Below the pieces are notes generated by a model. That model did no database searches and was not told where the DNA came from. It worked only from the letters and a program-made list of their open reading frames with translations. The translations under genes and the position numbers were made by a program. A stretch of DNA of 63,182 nucleotides, filler included, from Choristocarpus tenellus KU-1152 (lineage: Eukaryota > Protista > Phaeophyceae), in the NCBI GenBank assembly GCA_964200185.2. It is 9 parts of 9 records of this genome, joined end to end, with 100 filler letters (N's around TTAATTAATTAA, not from the genome) between each part and the next. Parts side by side here need not be neighbours in the genome. Positions count along the whole stretch, not along the records: positions 43,587 to 57,284 come from CAXNAD020001405.1; positions 57,385 to 63,182 come from CAXNAD020009729.1; 7 more parts are not named here. One strand, written 5' to 3'. Of this stretch, positions 55,801 to 63,182 are shown in pieces; position 1 is the stretch's first letter; each line of letters begins with the position of its first letter.

Positions 55801-57166
55801 CAAGAGTAGTTCATCCTGTATAAATTTAACACCTGACTTTTTAACTGCTGTGTTTCCTACGGTTGTTGCAGTAGCTCTTTAGGTACTACTAGCCTCTAGA
55901 AGACTGTTCTCCAATCACTACTATATTGAATTATAATAGATTGTGCATGTTCTGAGAGCAGATTGGAGATGATTGTGGTTGGCTTTCTCAATCCTCGGCA
56001 TATTACCTTTACCTCAACTTTGTCACTCAGAAGGTCTAACATCAGAGACATTCTCTGAAAAAGTCCTGCCTACCTGGAGCTGTGGGTCGATGATGAGAGG
56101 CCATCGAGCGGAGTTGCAGACAATGGCACCATTCTCAGTTGAGACCTGTCATATTATATGCAGGAATGTGGACTGTTGAGGTCTAGTCAAACCATGACTT
56201 CTGGAAACCGTACTGAATTTGCAACATGCCCATTGGATGATGAGGGAGAAAGAATATTGCTCGGATTCGACCATTGCCACCATTTGTTGGTGTATAGATG
56301 TTCTGATGAGCCTATGCAGAGAGAAAGGAAGTACCTGGTCTGAGGGAAGGCCATCAGTATTCCAACCAGCCACTTCAGCATCCGTGGTAAGGACTGTCAC
56401 AGGGTCAGGATTCTCTGACATTGGCAAGGATTTACCTTCGCCCACTGCAGCCTGTAGAAACCAAGGATGAAAAGTGAGGGCTTCCATCTTGTGCTATCAT
56501 TACCATCAATAGTCTGCTGGATACTTAACCTTGGGCTAGGAACTGAGGTTTTGAGAGGTCAGGGTATTTGCATAAACCAGAATAGTTTTGGTTTAGTAGA
56601 GCTGTGCTGAAGTATGGCTGACCCTAGCACAGGTAGGAATTAAGGACATGAAGTGCAGTAGTGTTCACAGCATGAACTAACCAGTCACACTCACATGCTT
56701 AATCTCAATGATGCAACATATCCATATCTTGTGTTCCTTCTGTTCTCTCTCCCCCTTACATAGATGTTTGCTTGTCAAGAAATTTCAAAATTAACAATCT
56801 CCTTCTCAACACCTTGCAATCATTCTTCCCTGAAGCTGTGTCCTCATGGAGGACTTGAAATGCAATGCTTTTTATGAAATAGAAAATATTCTGAATGACA
56901 TTCAAATATAGCCATGTGCCCAAATGAAACTGTTCAGAAGTACTTTTTGCCTTGCAACCTCAGCCCCTTGGTACTACCTTGACTACTTTTGCAATACTTA
57001 TTAAAGCTTCTTTTTGAGCTGTTGGTTAGTGCACAATTCAAGCTGTTGCATTCATATACCTAGCACCTGGGAAGTATTCATCACCTGAAATTCCTTTAGC
57101 AGAAAGGGAAGGAATTCATTTCCCATCAGCTCATCTCGGAAAGGCTTTGTGAATGGACCCACGTAT
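43806..57166 (-). CDS. Axonemal outer-arm dynein heavy chain (ODA4/DNAH9-11-17-like), 22 internal exons from stalk end through AAA5 and AAA6, partial at both ends
   Basis: Phase-consistent exons 57085-57166, 56335-56451, 56074-56145, 54543-54652, 54254-54394, 53746-53851, 53406-53544, 52467-52567, 51361-51489, 50779-51029, 49674-49839, 49258-49398, 48670-48813, 48165-48327, 47857-47920, 47266-47382, 46135-46213, 45805-45952, 45521-45604, 45208-45332, 44910-44993, 43806-43938; motifs [70 protein letters not shown]. Confidence 0.96.
46315..46591 (-). mobile_element. MITE family A, old degenerate copy in a dynein intron
   Basis: Diverged full-length similarity (GAGTTTTGCCCTG, TTGGGGCTTGGCTTCCCA, TATTGACACTT, CTACCCTCT). 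Confidence 0.65.
51790..51970 (+). mobile_element. MITE family B, full copy in a dynein intron
   Basis: Full-length homology to 60-237 with degenerate TIRs. Confidence 0.82.
52997..53273 (-). mobile_element. MITE family A, full copy in a dynein intron
   Basis: Both TIRs; small internal duplication TATTTGTCCGT. Confidence 0.85.
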
Positions 57167-57243
57167 CTGTGTGGGTACGTGGGGGTTATGGTTAGGAACA
57201 GGACCTAGTCCAGCATTTAGATGTATTATAGTGCAATACAACA

Positions 57244-57284
57244 GGCTCAAAGTATCTGAGAGGGGGTGGCAGCTGTCCACTTGG
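57244..57284 (+). mobile_element. MITE family B left end at contig break (further end fragments at 29679-29712 and 63161-63182)
   Basis: GGCTCAAAGTATCTGAGAGGGGGTGGCAGCTGTCCACTTGG. Confidence 0.8.
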
Positions 57285-58350
57285 NNNNNNNNNNNNNNNN
57301 NNNNNNNNNNNNNNNNNNNNNNNNNNNNTTAATTAATTAANNNNNNNNNNNNNNNNNNNNNNNNNNNNNNNNNNNNNNNNNNNNTTCAGTACAACATTAT
57401 AACTTTCCCCATTTTTAATACTGTTGTGGCCTGCATGTGGCTAGAGAGCCCCCCCCCCCCCCCCCAAAAAAAAAAGGCACTATATTGTAGTTGCCCTTCT
57501 TTAAAAAATACTGGTTGGTTATCCGTACACATGAGCCCCACACTGTGATCCCTTCAACAGCAACAACAACAACAATAATAATAATAAAAATAATACCACA
57601 AATGTGAAGAATGAATCTTGCATGGGTGTCTGACTGAGGAGAGCTAGCTGTGTATGTACCAATTCTAAATACCCGTACACATCAGTCGACATGCTCTCTA
57701 CACTACGCCGTCAGAATAATAGTTCAACCCCCCTCCATGATTTCAAATAATCAAGAAGTTTTCCCTTTGGGTACGATACCTGATACAGTCCTCTTCGAAT
57801 ACAATACTTGGTGTCTACTTCAGGCACAATCAAAGCTAGATAGGAGCTCTGATTCATAAACCTCATCGAACTATCTCCGCCCTCAAATGATGCATCTATC
57901 TTCAGGAAACCAAGGGCTGAGCAGTACCAACCATGAGGGTTTGCAGATGCAGTCTTGAAACGTTTGGCAGTATAAATCATGATAATAGTAATAAATATTT
58001 CTGTGATCAAATTTCTATTGCTAACATGTACCACAGGGATGACACAGAGTAAAAGATCAAAGAAGCATTTGATCTCTCTTTGGTGGTGAAGTGCAATGGG
58101 CCCTACCTGGACAACGCCCAGACATCTATCTACTCAACCCAGATGTGCTCAACCAAAAAATAAATTAATCAGCAGTCTAGCAGCATTCACATCCTCGCAA
58201 CCTAGGAACGAATGCATTGCACGGTGGCACACTTATCACACACCACTCCCCAGCTATACAAGGCCCATACCAACTCCTTGAAAAAAAACAACTAAAGAAA
58301 AAAAGTCTCGAGAGCGTAAGAGAACAGTTGAAATTTTCCCGTAATTTTCT

Positions 58351-61129
58351 TCATCTATCCCTAACCCACCACTCATGACCCTCCGCGAAAGATTCCAAGT
58401 GCTCTGCGAGCAGTTCCTTCCCCTTGGATGTGGGTAGGACCCTCTCCCCCCTCCGCTCTGCTGCTCTCTCTGCCTCCTGGTGCCATTCATCTAGCTCCCT
58501 CATGGATCTCTCCTCTCCGCTCTCGAGATACTCTCCTGCTTGAGCCCTCCTGTCCCATCCCCAGCCCTTTCCCCCTTCCCTCTCACCGCTGCCACTGGCA
58601 CAGCCATGGCGGGCAGTATCCTCACTGCAAGGTCCAACCTTCTCATCGACCAGCTCTCCAACATCCCTTGCACCAAGCGAACGATCATGGGAAGACCCAA
58701 GCTCCAAGAAGCTCAGCAGGCCAAAGGCATTCCTCTCCGTGTCGTTGATGATTGTCAGGAGCTCAGCATCACTAATACCCTCCCCAGCACGCTCAAGAAC
58801 ATCACTCTTGGGCACTTGTGGTGGTGGCGGTGGCGATGGCTGGGTCCAGTGTGGTTGCGCTGACTGCTGGCGTAACAGAGCATCTTCCATATCGCCAGGG
58901 GATGACTCTTTTTGTGGCCCTGGCGCAGGCGTCCCACCACTAGAGTGGCTTGGAGGCGTGTCCCGGGACATGCTCTTGCTATGGGGCTGATGAAGGTAAG
59001 CTCCAGATTCATCCTCAGGAGTGACTTCAGGCCGAACGCCAGCACTTGCTGAAAATTTTGTATCCTTTTCTGTTTGACGGGGCTTGCAAACAAGGCTGAG
59101 ATCCACAATAGCAGAGTGCATGCGCCGTGCGTTCTCCACAGTGTGTGCTTGATGCAGAACGCCTGCGATGTCGTCCCACCTATTGTGCAGAAATGCCATG
59201 TCCACACAGTTTCGCATCAGCATTGCTACAGTCATGGGCCCCACACCTCCAGGGACAGGGGAAACAATAGATGCCCTCATGCGAACCCCTGGGTGTACAT
59301 CCCCCACAACACGGAATCCCTCTGGCCGCGATTCATCCCTGACAAAGTTGATCCCAACATCCACTACCACGGCCCCGGGCTTTACCCAGTTTGGGCGCAC
59401 AAGCTCTGGAACGCCAGTGGCTGCCACGAGGATATCGGCTCGCCTGACATAGTCCTCAGGGTTGGGAGTGTCCTTATGTACCATGGAGACAGTAGCACGA
59501 GCCTCGTTGAGCATGAGGCACATGGGCAGGCCAACCACACTACTCTCTCCAAGCACTACAGCATGTTTCCCTCGCACCTCAACTCCTAGTCGGAGTAGCA
59601 TCTCCATTACCCCGCGTGGGGTGCAGGGTGCTATGACTGTCCTTCGCCATGCAGTGAGGCGGCCTGCGTTAGTTGGGTTAAAGCACTCTACATCCTTCTC
59701 CACCTTGATAGCGCCCAGGAGGCCCCTAGGATCAAGATGGGGGGGGACAGGTAGCTGCAAGAGGATGCCATGGCACCTTCATTGGAGTGTCGTACAATGG
59801 GGGAACGGGAGGGGAACATGAGGTGCAGATTATTGTGTGGCACTTGTTCAAAACAGAGAACCGCATGCAAAGGCTGATTTTGGTCATGCTCTAGCATGCT
59901 CGGGTTGTACTTTCCTGGTCACTGTGCACATGGAAAATTAGGCAAGTTATTCTGTACTACAACTGAAGCATACCTGCCAGGTTAACTGGGGTATGCATTC
60001 GAATGAAGGGTAGATTTATGTTGCCTTGTTGTCTTCCATGAGAAGGAGGTTCATTTATCATGTACTAAGTGAAACATATGAGAGCTACAACATATGAAGA
60101 GTGGAGCATCAAGACCCAAAAAAATATGGCTATTGAATTCAAGTACTCTTTCACAACGAGCACACTCCCTTCATTACAGGTACTTCCAAGTATGAAGTAC
60201 TCAATGTCCTGCTCTAACTCTGATAAATTCCTTTTTGTGTAAATATCTAAAGGTGTACAACTAACCTTGGGTCCTGGTTATAGCCCTGGATGCATCTCAG
60301 GACATCCTCGTGTGTGGCTGAGGCGGGAAAGGAGCTACTGAAGGAAGAGAATCCCACGCTCTCTGCAACCGCCTGTCACAGAGAGTGGATGTACTGCTGC
60401 TTATTGGTTCCTATTGTTTGATTAAATCGACACGTTCGCAGGGTGCAAGAGCACTATAGCTCTGGCAATGCGTATGGGGCGGGTGGGGGCTTATCTTGGG
60501 ACTATTGAAGCAAGGAGTGCTAGCACCATGAAGGAGGAAAAAAATGGTCTTTTCCAAGGCCGCCAACTCGGAATAACTTGCAATAAAACTGTGAGCTTCC
60601 AGTAGGCCTAGAACACCAGTCCCACCTGCTTCATGGACACGTACTTGGCGCTGTCGCGACGTTCTCCAACCATGATCACCGCCAAGCCTGGAACGGTGCC
60701 ATTCTTTTCACGCATAAGATCAACTTCTCGACGCACCTGGACATAAGTAAGGAATGAATGGATCCAATGCATTCGACTGTTTACCATGGCATTTCATGGT
60801 CGAGTCAAAAATCTTGAACCTTGTTTTTGAGATGCAAGATTACCTCGACCTTGCAGAAAATGTTTTCAGAGCGTCGCGAAAAGGGCCAGGGGTGTATGGC
60901 GATTCAATGTTCAGTCTTTCACCTCTTGCAGTATGTCGGTAGCCATGGCTCTACCATTGACCAGCATGGCCCTTGGTCGCTTTACTCCGGTCCCACCACC
61001 TGGTGCTTGTTGAGCTCCCGAGGTGGTGGCACAGAAGCGGACTCCGGTTAACCCTCTTTGCCTTACGCATGACCGCTCTAGACCCTCCGCAAATGGGCGA
61101 ACTCTCATAATCCAGAGTGGGGGTGTCAT
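58351..61129 (-). CDS. folD: Bifunctional methylenetetrahydrofolate dehydrogenase/cyclohydrolase with N-terminal presequence and long C-terminal extension
   Basis: Exons 60923-61129, 60626-60736, 60266-60372, 58351-59776, phases 0/0/2; motifs PGLAVIMVG..DS.KYV.MK, HGILLQLP, KDVECF, PCTPRG, VKPGAVVVDVGIN, SPVPGGVGPMTVAMLMRN. Confidence 0.93.
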
Positions 61130-61471
61130 CAAGAGAGGTGTGGTACTGGTTGGAAACTTGTATATACTCTTTCAGTTCACTGCATAGTCATCCTTCATTG
61201 GCTCACTACTTTCATTATTAATTAGCATTGCTAACACACGTTAGGAGTTTATATTGTTTTTACGAGGCGTGTTCCGTAAGGGTTCAGTTCCTCAACGGGA
61301 TTTTGGAGGGTGTTTGAGTTCAACACTCTCTTGGAACACAGATTTGACAGTGTTCCAGTTTCACACCCAAGGTGGGACCAAGCTCTTTCAAAGATGGCGC
61401 GGGCTTGAAGGAAGTGATGCTATGGTCTATGAGTGAACGGGAAGCAGGTTTCAATAGCAGAGGTTTGGGCC
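61130..61471. promoter_or_regulatory. Probable bidirectional promoter between folD and the ArfGAP gene
   Basis: Head-to-head start codons about 340 bp apart; inferred from geometry only. Confidence 0.5.
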
Positions 61472-63065
61472 ATGGCGAGAAAATCATTTATCGGCTCACC
61501 AAAGAGGACCCCTCCTCCACTACCTGACAGGCCACAAGCCCGATCTGTCAGACCAGGACCGGTGCTTGCTTCCCCTCTGATCAATATCGACAAGGATCTC
61601 CTTAAGCTTATGCGACCGGGGAGGATCGGAGGAAATAGAAGGTTCGCTGAATGTATAGACTACAGCAAGCAATCACGTAGAACCAGTTGTCGAGCAGCGC
61701 GCTTCAACTACCCCCTTCGATATAGTACCTAACGATTCGAAGTATATCTTTTTGCAACCTTTCCCTTACATAAACGATACACCAGATGCGCTGACTGTGA
61801 TGCTGAGCTATCCGACTATGGCAACATCTGGGCTAGCATCGGACAAGGCTGCTTTGTGTGTATCCACTGTCTCTCTGTTCATAGGTCCCTAGGTTTTCGC
61901 ACCAAGAGCGTCAACATGGACGTATGGTCTGCGGATGAAGTTTCTCACATGAAGTCTATGGGAAACGTCAAGGTTGGCAACGGATGTCCAATATCATTTC
62001 GCCCTTGCCAAGACTTTCAAACCAACTCTTCCTGACTCTACATTGTTCACGAGGAATGGGAGATTCCTATCCATATGGAAGGATTCCTGTTGGAGCAAAG
62101 AGTTATTAGCGTCTCCTTTTGCCTTATCTATCTATGTATTTTTCTCATTCTGCACCTCATGGGTATTGCTGCTTCACACCGAACTGTGCAACACACCTCC
62201 ATTACGCTAGACTGTTCACCATTTGCAATGGTTACTTCGTCGTTGCATTGTTAGCCTTTCGATCAATGCCCGTTTATTTCACGCCTATAGTTTACTCAAC
62301 TTGGCGAGTTTCTGCTATGTTGCACTAACTGTGTTTTGAAACCCTTCACTCTAATACATGAACCCATAGTATGCGTTGAACTACGTGTACCATGTTGTAC
62401 TACTGTTGTGTGTTTTTCTCTGTTTGCGACATATATTTTGGCACCATATTGTTCCACTGTATCGCGAATTCATGAGTTGTTGGTGGGAACTTGATAGAGA
62501 CCTGCAGACTTTTGTTCGCATCCTTTTTTGCATATTGTGCCATTGTATCTGTGTTTTAAACATTTCTTCTGTCACCTCCCTCAAGGGAAAAATATTTCTT
62601 GCATATTCCATTGCCTTCTTTCAAGTGCATTGGATTCCTATGTTGTCATCTTAATCAAGGAAGAGGGATAGTTCCTTATGGGTCACATTTGGCATACAGG
62701 CAACGTTTGTCACGATGGGGGCCGAAGGGTGTGATTTGAACAATATACCAATGAATTGGAATTCTGACTCCAAACAGGAATGGCCCATGTCCCACCCTCC
62801 CCATGCACCATTTACTGCCTAATTCTGAGGAGACTAACTCACTCTCTGTCTCTGTCTCTCTCTCACACACGCACAGTTGCGTGCATGCATTTGATCCTTG
62901 AATAGAGATGGCCATGAATTGATCTACTTACTGTCACTACCTGTGGATATAATCACAGGTGAATGAAATACTTGAGCGCTATGTTCCCAACAGCTGGAGC
63001 AAACCAATGCCGGACGCCGAGCCGAATCAACGGGAGCAGTGGATCTGGGCCAAATATGAGCAGAG
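61472..63065 (+). CDS. ArfGAP domain protein, first three exons, 3'-partial
   Basis: Exons 61472-61641, 61786-61972, 62959-63065, phases 2/0; GNRRCADC...WAS...CIHCLSVHRSLG..KSVNMDVW...MGN...REQWIWAKYE. Confidence 0.92.
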
Positions 63066-63182
63066 GTGAGAGTGAGAACTCGAACGAGTGTGAACAAGGG
63101 GAAAATGAAACATTCAGGAGGTTACGCGATGGTGCAATCCCTCCATTCAAGCACAACCCTGGGTCAAAGTATCTGGGGGGGG

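Overview
Eukaryotic nuclear DNA, not prokaryotic. The window is nine contigs (1-7734, 7835-17754, 17855-26074, 26175-29578, 29679-34045, 34146-37445, 37546-43486, 43587-57284, 57385-63182) joined by identical 100-nt artificial linkers (N44-TTAATTAATTAA-N44), so adjacency across a linker means nothing. Genes are intron-rich (GT-AG), so most ORF-track entries are artefacts. I rebuilt exon chains by hand for: the 3' end of a class I SAM methyltransferase, a plastid-targeted 3-isopropylmalate dehydrogenase (5' part), a neuroguidin/Lcp5-type gene, two uncharacterised genes (one with Tudor-like and WW-like motifs), an AKR7-like aldo-keto reductase (5' part), 22 exons of an outer-arm axonemal dynein heavy chain, a FolD gene with a long C-terminal tail, and a divergent ArfGAP gene. 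A bipartite plastid presequence plus flagellar dynein suggests a flagellated ochrophyte (heterokont) alga; this is inference. Mobile DNA: an internally deleted chromodomain-bearing Ty3/Gypsy element, two related Tourist/PIF-Harbinger-like MITE families (about 15 copies or fragments), and a decayed RLE-type non-LTR element. The best candidate for something undescribed is a tandemly duplicated ~430-455 nt module in the Gypsy 3' UTR whose hairpins show structure-preserving changes. No database searches were run.
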